Shown here in pieces: positions 1-8,166 of a stretch of 64,000 bases of DNA. The stretch spans positions 1,064-65,063 of the forward strand of contig JBAZTV010000003.1 in NCBI GenBank assembly GCA_041661765.1, given 5' to 3'. The stretch is from Candidatus Shapirobacteria bacterium (GTDB taxonomy: Bacteria; Patescibacteriota; Microgenomatia; UBA12405). The stretch's first letter is position 1. Every line of letters begins with the position of its first letter. The position numbers were made by a program, and so were the translations under genes. The notes under the pieces were generated by a model. That model was not told the origin of the DNA, ran no database searches, and saw nothing but the letters and a program-made list of their open reading frames with translations.

Positions 1-186
1 GCTACAAGATGATCCAGTGTAATAATATCTATTATCACTACTGCAAGTACTTGGACAAGTCGTAGCTGTCGGATAATTATGGGAACAAGTACTTTGGCTA
101 CAAGATGATCCAGTGTAATAATATCTATTATCACTACTGCAAGTACTTGGACAAGTCGTAGCTGTCGGATAATTATGGGAACAAGT
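1..186. repeat. 96-bp period exact tandem repeat (coding, 32 aa)
   Basis: 1-90 identical to 97-186. Confidence 0.95.
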
Positions 187-723
187 TATTGTTCCACAGC
201 TTCCATCATCTACGGTTCTCTCACTACTGCTACAAGTACTCAAACAAGTACCTGCTGCTGGACAAATCTTACAACAATAACCTATATTACTACAACTAGT
301 ACAAGTATCTGTAATAATTGCTTTTGAGGGAGAGACACAAGAATTTTGAGACAAAGTACCTTCATAAGGAGGATAGATACAATATTTTAATGAACTACCA
401 GCACACCATCGTCCATAAACGTTGCAATCTCCGCTAACACAAGAAGCACTACAAGCACTGTTGTCGTTGATATTATAACAACCAAGAGTTTCACAAGACA
501 TTGCTCCACTAGCAGGACAAAACGTAGTAGTACAAGAACTCCCAATATTTATCCATCCTGAACTAGTACAACGATATACCGCACCAGTAGATGGTAAACA
601 AGAAACTTCTCCAACAGTGTAAGGTTTATGAGTCTCGTTATTAGTGCAATCAGCTAAAATATTTTTATTAAAAAGTGTTATTAATAAAAAAAACATTAAT
701 AAAAAATATGTTAACTTTTTCAT
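1..723 (-). CDS. Secreted cysteine-rich tandem-repeat protein (partial, runs off left edge; absent from ORF track)
   Basis: ATG at 723 abuts stop of upstream gene; manual translation open to base 1: MKKLTYFLLMFFLLITLFNKNILA-DCTNNETH... signal peptide, then many Cys and 32-aa repeats TCSHNYPTATTCPSTCSSDNRYYYTGSSCSQS. Confidence 0.85.
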   Translation of the reverse strand, partial: MKKLTYFLLMFFLLITLFNKNILADCTNNETHKPYTVGEVSCLPSTGAVYRCTSSGWINIGSSCTTTFCPASGAMSCETLGCYNINDNSACSASCVSGDCNVYGRWCAGSSLKYCIYPPYEGTLSQNSCVSPSKAIITDTCTSCSNIGYCCKICPAAGTCLSTCSSSERTVDDGSCGTITCSHNYPTATTCPSTCSSDNRYYYTGSSCSQSTCSHNYPTATTCPSTCSSDNRYYYTGSSCS

Positions 724-1911
724 TTATTCTGACAATAAACCAACAATTAATCCATTTTCATAAATACCTCTCTCAAAATCATTTTCATTTAATCTTGTAA
801 TAAAACCATTTTCCCAACTATTTTCAATTTCAGAATCTTTTAAACTTGTTAAGTAATTGTTTTTATAATTTAAAAATTTTTTATCATTAGTTTCCTTATA
901 TAAATTACTTGCCAACATTGCACAATCCAAAGAATTTTTATTTGAATACCAATTAAAAATCTTTTTGGCTAATTCGCTATAATTTTTATTTTCTTCTAAT
1001 TGATTTAAGTCTAGTGCCGACCTTCCAATTTTACAAGCCAGTTCATCTCTGTTTAGTATTGTAGGATCAATAAGATATAAATCTAGAATAATATCAAAAA
1101 TTAAATATGACTTCCTCGTGTATTCTTCACTTAAAATTAATTTATTTCTATAAATATATTCCGAGGTGTAATTTGCATGTTCATTTAAATTAACGTTTTT
1201 AATTAAATCAGTATACTGATCAGAACTATAATTAAAATTATCTGTGTCTGAATCTAAAATTGTCTTTATTTTTTTATTCAAACTTAATTTAATTTCATCA
1301 GTTCTTTTATTGTATTTTTTATAGTCAATACTATCTGGATATTCAATTTTTATACAAATACTATCAAGCTTTTTTTTATCTATTTCAGTTAAATCATTAT
1401 TTACTTTGATCTCCATCAGTAATTTACAGCCAAATTTATTAGTACCAATTGATGGATTCTTTTTTCTATCATCATAATTATTAATATCGTTTTTAATTGT
1501 ATTTAAAATATTTTGGTCTTTAGTTTCCAAATAATATTTATTCATACCCCACATAACCGCTATACCGGAATAGCTACTTTTCTCCTTTTTTTGACAATTA
1601 TTTGGTTCATCTATTAAACATTTTTGACTAAACCAATACATCCCTCGCTCGTCACGCTCACCATCTAACCAATCAATAACTGATTTTACTATTTCTGAAT
1701 TAGATGCTTCAACTGCATCCTGATTAGTTGTTAAAGTTTTATTTACACTAGTTTTATTAATATCTTTTTTCACATACAAATATGTACCACCAATAATCAA
1801 AACCAAAACTCCCAAAACAATTAATATAAAATATAAAAACTTAAGCACCTTAATTCTTCCTATTGGCAAAGCCAATTTCGAGCAGCTATTTTTACTCAAA
1901 TCATCGGTCAT
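724..1911 (-). CDS. Membrane-anchored hypothetical protein
   Basis: 395-aa ORF, single N-terminal TM segment, helical Cys-containing ectodomain. Confidence 0.7.
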   Translation of the reverse strand: MTDDLSKNSCSKLALPIGRIKVLKFLYFILIVLGVLVLIIGGTYLYVKKDINKTSVNKTLTTNQDAVEASNSEIVKSVIDWLDGERDERGMYWFSQKCLIDEPNNCQKKEKSSYSGIAVMWGMNKYYLETKDQNILNTIKNDINNYDDRKKNPSIGTNKFGCKLLMEIKVNNDLTEIDKKKLDSICIKIEYPDSIDYKKYNKRTDEIKLSLNKKIKTILDSDTDNFNYSSDQYTDLIKNVNLNEHANYTSEYIYRNKLILSEEYTRKSYLIFDIILDLYLIDPTILNRDELACKIGRSALDLNQLEENKNYSELAKKIFNWYSNKNSLDCAMLASNLYKETNDKKFLNYKNNYLTSLKDSEIENSWENGFITRLNENDFERGIYENGLIVGLLSE

Positions 1912-1971
1912 CTACGATAAATATATATAAATAGATAGGTAAAGTAAAGACCTCTAAAAAAATTACTGTTT

Positions 1972-2544
1972 TTAGTTTCTCAAAATTACATCAATTGAAA
2001 ATGATCTAGTCGTTCCACTAGATAAACCAAATACCCCCGCTCCTAAATTAAAATTAAATTTAACTTTAGACAACTGTAAAGAGGGGAGAGTAGAACAAGT
2101 TACAAATCCATCACAATTTTCTAAATACAAATCATTATTTTTTTGAAACAAATAAATTGTTGTTCCTACATCTTTTTTCCCCGAAATCGAAGCAATTTTA
2201 TAACTATTAGTACCAGAATCATAAAGACAAGAAATGGTTGTTTTCTCCCCATCTTTAACATTAGTCATCACCATAGAAGTGCCACCGCCCACTGGACAAT
2301 TAAAATTAGAATCCGCTCCATTATAACCACTACTATTAGCATTCAAAATATTTTTTTTGAGTTCATTCAAAATCCAACTACCATTCTGATTAATTTTATC
2401 AGTCGCTTTATTTTTACTTTGCGAACTAAAAACTCCCGACATTATTCCACTTATCGATCCAATTATAATCATAATCAAACTAATTACTATTAAAATTTCA
2501 ATGAATGTAAAACCTGTCTGCCGACAGGCATGGCCTTTTTTCAT
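1972..2544 (-). CDS. Type IV pilin-like protein (minor pilin)
   Basis: Class III signal G|FTFIEILIV. Confidence 0.9.
   Translation of the reverse strand: MKKGHACRQTGFTFIEILIVISLIMIIIGSISGIMSGVFSSQSKNKATDKINQNGSWILNELKKNILNANSSGYNGADSNFNCPVGGGTSMVMTNVKDGEKTTISCLYDSGTNSYKIASISGKKDVGTTIYLFQKNNDLYLENCDGFVTCSTLPSLQLSKVKFNFNLGAGVFGLSSGTTRSFSIDVILRN
2513..2535. repeat. Short palindromic element CCTGTCTGCCGACAGGCATGG in pilin leader (encodes HACRQTG)
   Basis: GC-rich hairpin CCTGTC-TGCC-GACAGG in AT-rich context, in frame. Confidence 0.65.
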
Positions 2545-2930
2545 AATCCTTTTCTCAAAAAAACTCTTTCAACAGATAACCTTTGAGAATCTCCCCATGT
2601 TATTGTAAAAATAATTTTACAACTATTATTATCGCAATTATCATATGTAGTATCATACGAATAACCAGAAAAATCAGTGTTAGATTGATTAGTGATATTA
2701 GTATGGCTTGGTGCATTCCAAAAACTGAGAATATTATTTTCATCTTTAAAATAATTAACCTTATCTTCAATTAACAATTGAGACAATTCTATTGCTTTTT
2801 GCCTCTCTGAAGCTATTCTTTTAGCCTTAGCCGTAACCACCATCAACATCACCACTCCCACCAACACTAAAATTACAATTCCCATCGAAAAAATTACTTC
2901 AACTAAACTTTGCCCTTTATTATTTTTCAT
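2541..2930 (-). CDS. Type IV pilin-like protein (PilV-like)
   Basis: G|QSLVEVIFS motif plus hydrophobic helix. Confidence 0.85.
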   Translation of the reverse strand: MKNNKGQSLVEVIFSMGIVILVLVGVVMLMVVTAKAKRIASERQKAIELSQLLIEDKVNYFKDENNILSFWNAPSHTNITNQSNTDFSGYSYDTTYDNCDNNSCKIIFTITWGDSQRLSVERVFLRKGL

Positions 2931-3393
2931 AAATTAATCCTGATTCATCAATTTTAATATTTTTAGTTGCACCCACACCATTAATAATAATACTAGCCGT
3001 TCCACCAATTGATCTACCATCAGTAACACTAAATCTAATTATTCCTGTTCCGCCTGGGCCATAAAAAGTTACTCCCACTCCTTTTGGAGTAATATCTTTT
3101 GAAAAAATGGTTTCAATATAAGAAATATCATCTTCCTTGTAAGATTCCATTTCCATCAATCCATCACTATTAATTTTTACGAATAATCTGTTTCCATCGC
3201 CCGTAAATTGATTAGTAGCAGCATAATTTCTGGCAAATCTCAAATTAGATATTAACTCTTGTCTAGTCGATTCTACTTTTTGATTTTCAAAAAAATTATT
3301 CAAAGACACTGTACCAAAACCCACCACCAACATCCCAATCGTTATTGCTATCAATAATTCAATTAAAGTAAAACCAAAACTATTTTTTTTCAT
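2920..3393 (-). CDS. Type IV pilin-like protein (FimT/GspH-like)
   Basis: G|FTLIELLI; LRFARNYA helix. Confidence 0.9.
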   Translation of the reverse strand: MKKNSFGFTLIELLIAITIGMLVVGFGTVSLNNFFENQKVESTRQELISNLRFARNYAATNQFTGDGNRLFVKINSDGLMEMESYKEDDISYIETIFSKDITPKGVGVTFYGPGGTGIIRFSVTDGRSIGGTASIIINGVGATKNIKIDESGLIYEK

Positions 3394-3798
3394 TTACGGA
3401 TTAGTCACAGTATAATCACCAGTTTCTTCTAAAGTTGCAGTAATAGTATAAGTATAACCCGAATGGGTATAATCATAATCTTGATTAGTTTTCGGATCCT
3501 TAGGCAAATTTTGAAGATAACTAGGAACTAAAGATGACGAAAGCGCCGGATAAGAAGTCCCCACATTTTGTCTATACAATTCCAACGCTATTCTTATTTT
3601 TTCCAAATCAGCCATTCTTCTATTATCCCTAGCTTTTTTGCTGGTTCCACTATAACTAACCATTCCTACTACAGTTAATACTGCAATTATCGTTACCGTC
3701 ACAATCAACTCAATCAAAGTAAAGCCTGAATTACCTTCCTTTTTAAGGGAGGTCCTTGAACGAAGTGAAAGGGGTGGGTTTGTTCCTTGATTTTTCAT
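3394..3798 (-). CDS. Type IV pilin / GspG-like pseudopilin
   Basis: G|FTLIELIV; KARDNRRMADL..ALELY; PKDP. Confidence 0.9.
   Translation of the reverse strand: MKNQGTNPPLSLRSRTSLKKEGNSGFTLIELIVTVTIIAVLTVVGMVSYSGTSKKARDNRRMADLEKIRIALELYRQNVGTSYPALSSSLVPSYLQNLPKDPKTNQDYDYTHSGYTYTITATLEETGDYTVTNP
3734..3781 (+). repeat. G-tailed palindromic element in pilin leader
   Basis: CCTTCCTTTTTAAGGGAGG...GGGGTGGGTTT; near-identical to 4764-4810. Confidence 0.75.
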
Positions 3799-3808
3799 AT
3801 CTTTTAAA

Positions 3809-3843
3809 CCCTCCTTTCCTCAAGGGAGGGTAGGGTGGGTTTT
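3809..3843 (+). repeat. G-tailed palindromic element (intergenic)
   Basis: CCCTCCTT-TCCTC-AAGGGAGGG-TAGGGTGGGTTT. Confidence 0.75.
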
Positions 3844-4292
3844 TATTGTTGATTTTTTACACAAAAATAACCTTTTGGAGACACGTTAAATTGACAACTA
3901 ACATTAGCATTAGAATTAGCACTATTTTCCATTGCAACACAAATACAATATCCACTTGCGTTACAATCAGTAGCACAACTATAATCTTCACCTTTAGGAC
4001 CACTTGGATAACTCTCTAAAACAACAACACCACTAGCCGGAGACCACTGATCCCCAGAACTATAAGTAGTTGGGTAAGAATACGCATTTTGAGAATAATA
4101 TTGTTCAGCTGCTGTCTGTATTAATTTTAAATCTTCTATTCTTCTTACATCTCTAGTTTTCTTCTGAGCTCCAGAATAAGCCACCGACACTATCGCCGTC
4201 AAAATTCCAATAATCGAAATCACTATCAACAACTCAAATAATGAAAACCCGATTTGCCAATATATATAATCTCTTTTTTTTTCAATACTCAT
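3843..4292 (-). CDS. Type IV pilin-like protein
   Basis: G|FSLFELLIVISIIG; Cys-rich C-terminus. Confidence 0.9.
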   Translation of the reverse strand: MSIEKKRDYIYWQIGFSLFELLIVISIIGILTAIVSVAYSGAQKKTRDVRRIEDLKLIQTAAEQYYSQNAYSYPTTYSSGDQWSPASGVVVLESYPSGPKGEDYSCATDCNASGYCICVAMENSANSNANVSCQFNVSPKGYFCVKNQQ

Positions 4293-4834
4293 TATAATTT
4301 AGTCTCGTCAAAACCTGAAGTAAGAGCAGAATTAGGACTAGAAATACCATAACAATAGGTTACACTATTAGACACAAAAGCAGATTTACATTGAGAATCA
4401 CTTTTATTTTCCAAATTAGCAAAAAGATAGAAGGTTTTATTATCAGTCTTATGTCTATAAGAATATATATAAGGGTCCACATTTTTTGGATCTTTTGGCA
4501 TTTCCGCCATATAAACAATTCCTCCAGGACCAGTCAAACCAACACTACTTCCCAAAAAAGCATCTGAATTTAAATCCGGCAAAACTCCATTATCATTGTA
4601 ATACATAATCAAAGCTTTTGACAACGCATCTAACTCAGTTTTTCTTTGAGTATCCCGAGCTTTCTTTTGAGCCCCAGAAAAGGCCACCGCTCCAATCATT
4701 GTCAAAATTCCAATAATCGAAATCACCACCAATAATTCTACTAAAGTAAAACCAAAATTAAATCCTCCTTTTTTAAGGGAGGTCTTTGAACGAAGTGAAA
4801 AGAGTGGTTTTGTTCTTTGATTTTTATTTTTCAT
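4292..4834 (-). CDS. Type IV pilin / GspG-like protein
   Basis: G|FTLVELLVVISIIG; KARDTQRK; PKDP; start taken at ATG 4834. Confidence 0.9.
   Translation of the reverse strand: MKNKNQRTKPLFSLRSKTSLKKGGFNFGFTLVELLVVISIIGILTMIGAVAFSGAQKKARDTQRKTELDALSKALIMYYNDNGVLPDLNSDAFLGSSVGLTGPGGIVYMAEMPKDPKNVDPYIYSYRHKTDNKTFYLFANLENKSDSQCKSAFVSNSVTYCYGISSPNSALTSGFDETKL
4764..4810 (+). repeat. G-tailed palindromic element in pilin leader
   Basis: CCTCCTTTTTTAAGGGAGG-TCTTTGAACGAAGTGAAA-AGAGTGGTTT. Confidence 0.75.
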
Positions 4835-4838
4835 ATTT

Positions 4839-5291
4839 TTAATTTCCACAAACCATAAAAACCTTATCTTCTGTTACACCAACACCACATTTCACCTGAG
4901 AATCAGTATCATCACTTCCAGCCCCAGTCTCCAAAGCCGCTTTTAACCTAAAAGTATCACCACTAGAATCCATATAAGCATAACTATAACCAATATTTTC
5001 CATCGACGGCATATAAGTTTTACCAACTGATTCATTTAAACAAGTAGAGTTATAAACACCAACTTCATCATCACAACCCGTAGTCGGATAAGACTGATTA
5101 TCATTATAATACATTCTCAACGCAGATTTAATCGAATTCAAATCCTGAATTTTTTGAGCATCTTTAGCTCTCTCTCTCATCCCCATAAAATTCACCACCA
5201 AAACAGCTGTCAAAATTCCAATAATCGAAATCACCACCAATAATTCAATTAAACTAAAACCACTATTATTTTGTTGTTTCATTTGTTTCAT
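4839..5291 (-). CDS. Type IV pilin / GspG-like protein
   Basis: MKQMKQQNNSG|FSLIELLVV; true start near 5291/5282 rather than 5543. Confidence 0.9.
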   Translation of the reverse strand: MKQMKQQNNSGFSLIELLVVISIIGILTAVLVVNFMGMRERAKDAQKIQDLNSIKSALRMYYNDNQSYPTTGCDDEVGVYNSTCLNESVGKTYMPSMENIGYSYAYMDSSGDTFRLKAALETGAGSDDTDSQVKCGVGVTEDKVFMVCGN

Positions 5292-5718
5292 TAACGTTAT
5301 TAATATCAGTATAACAATATTTAATTCCATTGCACAAGTATTTATTTTCTTTACAATCAGTGTCATTTTTATTTTCAAATTCAGCAGACATTTTAAAAGA
5401 AACACCATCACTTCCAATCTCATAACAATATTCTTTATCTCCATGTTTTTCCCTTGGCACTGAATTTGCATATGTATAACCATTATCAACAAAACTCTTT
5501 CCCCAAAGACTATTAACCAATTCATTACTCGGCAACTTTCCATAATCAGTAAAATAAAGTTTAATTACTTTAGAAAATTCATTCAAATCAGATCTCCTTT
5601 GTAAATCTCTAGATTTTGCCTGGGCTAAATCAAATTGTTTACAAGTTATAAAAGACAAAATTCCAACCACTGTCACTATTATTAATAATTCCAAACAAGT
5701 CTTTTTTTTCATAAACAC
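5266..5718 (-). CDS. Pilin-like protein with degenerate cleavage site
   Basis: KKKTCLELLIIVTVVGILS..AKSRDLQRRSDL..LYF; no Gly at -1. Confidence 0.8.
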   Translation of the reverse strand: MFMKKKTCLELLIIVTVVGILSFITCKQFDLAQAKSRDLQRRSDLNEFSKVIKLYFTDYGKLPSNELVNSLWGKSFVDNGYTYANSVPREKHGDKEYCYEIGSDGVSFKMSAEFENKNDTDCKENKYLCNGIKYCYTDINNVNETNETTK

Positions 5719-6407
5719 TCATCACCACAACAACTAACTTGACATTTACTTAAACAATCACCGCTATCAATTGACACATAAAAACAATTATCACCACTAC
5801 AACCACCACTTCTACTTTCACAACTACCACCCACACTACCTACTAAACAGGAACTAGTATCACAATCTGGATTTATATAATTCTCATACCATACAATGTT
5901 TGGACTCGACACCCCATAGTTAACTTTATTTTTAGTTATACCAGTTAAAAGTATATCTGTTCGTATATACCAATCTTTCGGAATGTCATCATCTTCCTTG
6001 TTTTCTAAATTAGTCATCACCCTAAATTTATTTGTTTCCGCAATTACCATATAAGGATTTCCGTCTGGATCACACGGCCACGGAGACAAATATTGGGAAA
6101 AATTAATACTATTACTATGACAATTTGATTTTATATTCCAATTACTAATATCTTGCGGATAATATCCCTTATCATTAAAATATTCCTCAAAAGCCTGTTT
6201 AATTCTATTTAGATCTTTTTTCCTCTGCGAATCTCTACTCTTATTCACCGGATTAATCATCACAAAAGCTCCAATCATTATTATCGCTATCATAATAACA
6301 ATTGTCATTACTATTAAAATTTCCACCAAAGTAAAACCTAAATTACGTCGCCCTATCAAGGGAGATGTCCCGACTTGTCGGGACAGAGGGTTTATTCCTT
6401 TTTTCAT
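5709..6407 (-). CDS. Type IV pilin-like protein with Cys-rich C-terminal domain
   Basis: G|FTLVEILIV; start ATG 6407 overlaps pilD stop (TAATG). Confidence 0.9.
   Translation of the reverse strand: MKKGINPLSRQVGTSPLIGRRNLGFTLVEILIVMTIVIMIAIIMIGAFVMINPVNKSRDSQRKKDLNRIKQAFEEYFNDKGYYPQDISNWNIKSNCHSNSINFSQYLSPWPCDPDGNPYMVIAETNKFRVMTNLENKEDDDIPKDWYIRTDILLTGITKNKVNYGVSSPNIVWYENYINPDCDTSSCLVGSVGGSCESRSGGCSGDNCFYVSIDSGDCLSKCQVSCCGDECL
6347..6393 (+). repeat. G-tailed palindromic element in pilin leader
   Basis: CCCTATCAAGGGAGA-TGTCCCGACTTGTCGGGACA-GAGGGTTT; sister of 7265-7314. Confidence 0.8.
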
Positions 6408-7237
6408 TACTGTATTAATTTTACAATTAAATCTCCCCACCACCAAGCCACCAAAATTCCTAAAATCATAAACGGACCAAAAGGGACTTGTGTTTTCCTA
6501 TCCGCTTTTTTAAAAATCATCAATATTAACCCCAAAATTGCCCCAACAACAAAAGCCACATAAAAGGCTATTATCGTTTTAGGATATCCTAAAAACAATC
6601 CCATAAACAAAGCCAACTTAACATCTCCCATCCCCATTCCACTACCTTTAGTTATCAAATTTAAAATTAATAAAAACCCACTAGCCACCAACGCTGATAG
6701 TATTTGTTGTAAGGGCAGACCGATGTGTCTGCCCCACATATCGCCCAGCAGAAAAACAATTGCACATCCAATTAAAATTACTGTCGAAAAATCCGGCAAA
6801 ATCATATATTTTAAATCAAATACCGCACTAAAAACCAAGAAAACAATAATCAAAAAACCTAAAATTAACTGTAGTAGAGACGTTGCATGCAACGTCTCTA
6901 CGAAATTAAACCTAAAAACTAAAAAAAACAATACAAATAAAATCCCCATAACTAATTCCACAACAGGGTAGGAGAGTGGTAATTTTTTATAGCAACATTT
7001 TGTTTTACCTTTTAAAATCAACCAAGAAATCACTGGCACATTTTCATACCAATTCAATTGTCTACCACAATAATCACAAAACGATCTTTTCTCATTTATG
7101 TAGGGGCTAACCCTTGTGTCCGCCCTTTTAATTTTTAAAATTTTATAATTTACAGCCGTCCTATAAACCAACATATTCACAAAACTCCCAAAACATAAAC
7201 CCAAAACAAAAATAATAATTCCAATTAACATTTCCAT
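6407..7237 (-). CDS. pilD: Prepilin peptidase / N-methyltransferase (A24A)
   Basis: GSFVNMLVYR, RSFCDYC, NVPVISWLILKGK, GMGMGDVKL, PFGPF. Confidence 0.95.
   Translation of the reverse strand: MEMLIGIIIFVLGLCFGSFVNMLVYRTAVNYKILKIKRADTRVSPYINEKRSFCDYCGRQLNWYENVPVISWLILKGKTKCCYKKLPLSYPVVELVMGILFVLFFLVFRFNFVETLHATSLLQLILGFLIIVFLVFSAVFDLKYMILPDFSTVILIGCAIVFLLGDMWGRHIGLPLQQILSALVASGFLLILNLITKGSGMGMGDVKLALFMGLFLGYPKTIIAFYVAFVVGAILGLILMIFKKADRKTQVPFGPFMILGILVAWWWGDLIVKLIQ
6708..6738. repeat. GTAG-type REP-like palindrome, in frame in pilD
   Basis: TGTAAGGGCAGAC-CGATGT-GTCTGCCCCACA; encodes WGRHIGLPLQ. Confidence 0.7.
6874..6901. repeat. GTAG-type REP palindrome, in frame in pilD
   Basis: Perfect 28-bp palindrome GTAGAGACGTTGCATGCAACGTCTCTAC; encodes VETLHATSL. 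Confidence 0.9.
7100..7126. repeat. GTAG-type REP-like element, in frame in pilD
   Basis: GTAGGGGCTAACCCTTGTGTCCGCCCT; encodes RADTRVSPY. Confidence 0.65.
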
Positions 7238-7264
7238 ATCTCATTCTAACAAAAATTAAAGGCT

Positions 7265-7314
7265 TCTCCCTTTTTTAAGGGGAGATGTCCCGATTTATCG
7301 GGACAGAGAGGTTT
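7265..7314 (+). repeat. G-tailed palindromic element (intergenic)
   Basis: TCTCCCTT..AAGGGGAGA-TGTCCCGATTTATCGGGACA-GAGAGGTTT. Confidence 0.8.
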
Positions 7315-7323
7315 TCTCCAATC

Positions 7324-7349
7324 AAAAACCCCGCCATCAAGCGGGGTTT
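7324..7349 (-). terminator. Intrinsic terminator after major pilin
   Basis: AAACCCCGC/GCGGGGTTT hairpin with U-tract on minus strand. Confidence 0.75.
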
Positions 7350-7371
7350 AAAGTTTATTCTTAATTCTTTA

Positions 7372-8088
7372 TTAAGGAACACATTTAAACAAAGATGTTG
7401 CAACAGTTTCAAAATCCCATGGAGATACAGGATAACCAGTAGTTTGGTCAAACACTGCAGCATCAGTATTAATAACTCTAGTTAAAGAAGTTACATTTGC
7501 ACCAGTCATAGTAGGTTTATAAAGTACAGTATCAACTGTACCAGCTCTATTTGCTTTTGCCTTCGGGATATAACAAACAAGAACTGAATTACCCTCCGCA
7601 GTCCCAAGCTTATTAATAACCAAATAATTAGTTCCATCATCAACAAATTTGGGATCAGCACTAGAAAGTGAAGTATATCCCTTAATCAAAAATGAATCTT
7701 TTAACTCATCCTTTACTACTAAAGCCCCCCGTTGATTATAACTACTACACAAAGAAGTAGGAGTTTGTAAAAGAGGGTCAATGCTATTAGTAGAACATAA
7801 ACCAGCTCCCACCATATTACTAGATCCAACCCATGCAGTATCAGCAGAAGCGACCGCACCACTATTAGTGTCCATCCAAGGATAAGTAAATTTAACAGTA
7901 TAATACCTTTCATAAGCATTCATAACTTCAGCTGCATCATTCTGTGCAGTCGCATCCTTCGCCTTATTCGATTGTTCAATTGGATTAATAGTCGCCAACA
8001 CAGCCACCGACAAAATTGCAATCAACGCTATAACAATTAAAAGTTCCACTAAGGTAAAACCTCTCATTTTACTTATCTTATTTTTCAT
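7372..8088 (-). CDS. Type IV pilin, probable major pilin
   Basis: RG|FTLVELLIVIALIAILS; own terminator; directly downstream of pilC. Confidence 0.9.
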   Translation of the reverse strand: MKNKISKMRGFTLVELLIVIALIAILSVAVLATINPIEQSNKAKDATAQNDAAEVMNAYERYYTVKFTYPWMDTNSGAVASADTAWVGSSNMVGAGLCSTNSIDPLLQTPTSLCSSYNQRGALVVKDELKDSFLIKGYTSLSSADPKFVDDGTNYLVINKLGTAEGNSVLVCYIPKAKANRAGTVDTVLYKPTMTGANVTSLTRVINTDAAVFDQTTGYPVSPWDFETVATSLFKCVP

Positions 8089-8166
8089 TTATTTTAATAA
8101 ATATTTAATTCTATTTAATTCATTATTCACCACTAAAATTACGATGTCAAGTTGTTGTTTTTTAAA

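Noticed and set aside
1-186. CRISPR array
   Set aside because: Contiguous 96-bp units with no unique spacers, in frame within a protein; no cas genes in the window
5292-5543. N-terminal extension of ORF 4839..5543
   Set aside because: Overlaps the upstream pilin in another frame; the pilin signal starts near 5291
1972-8088. Diversity-generating retroelement or shufflon acting on pilins
   Set aside because: No reverse transcriptase, no TR/VR pair with adenine-specific mismatches, no inverted cassettes or adjacent invertase
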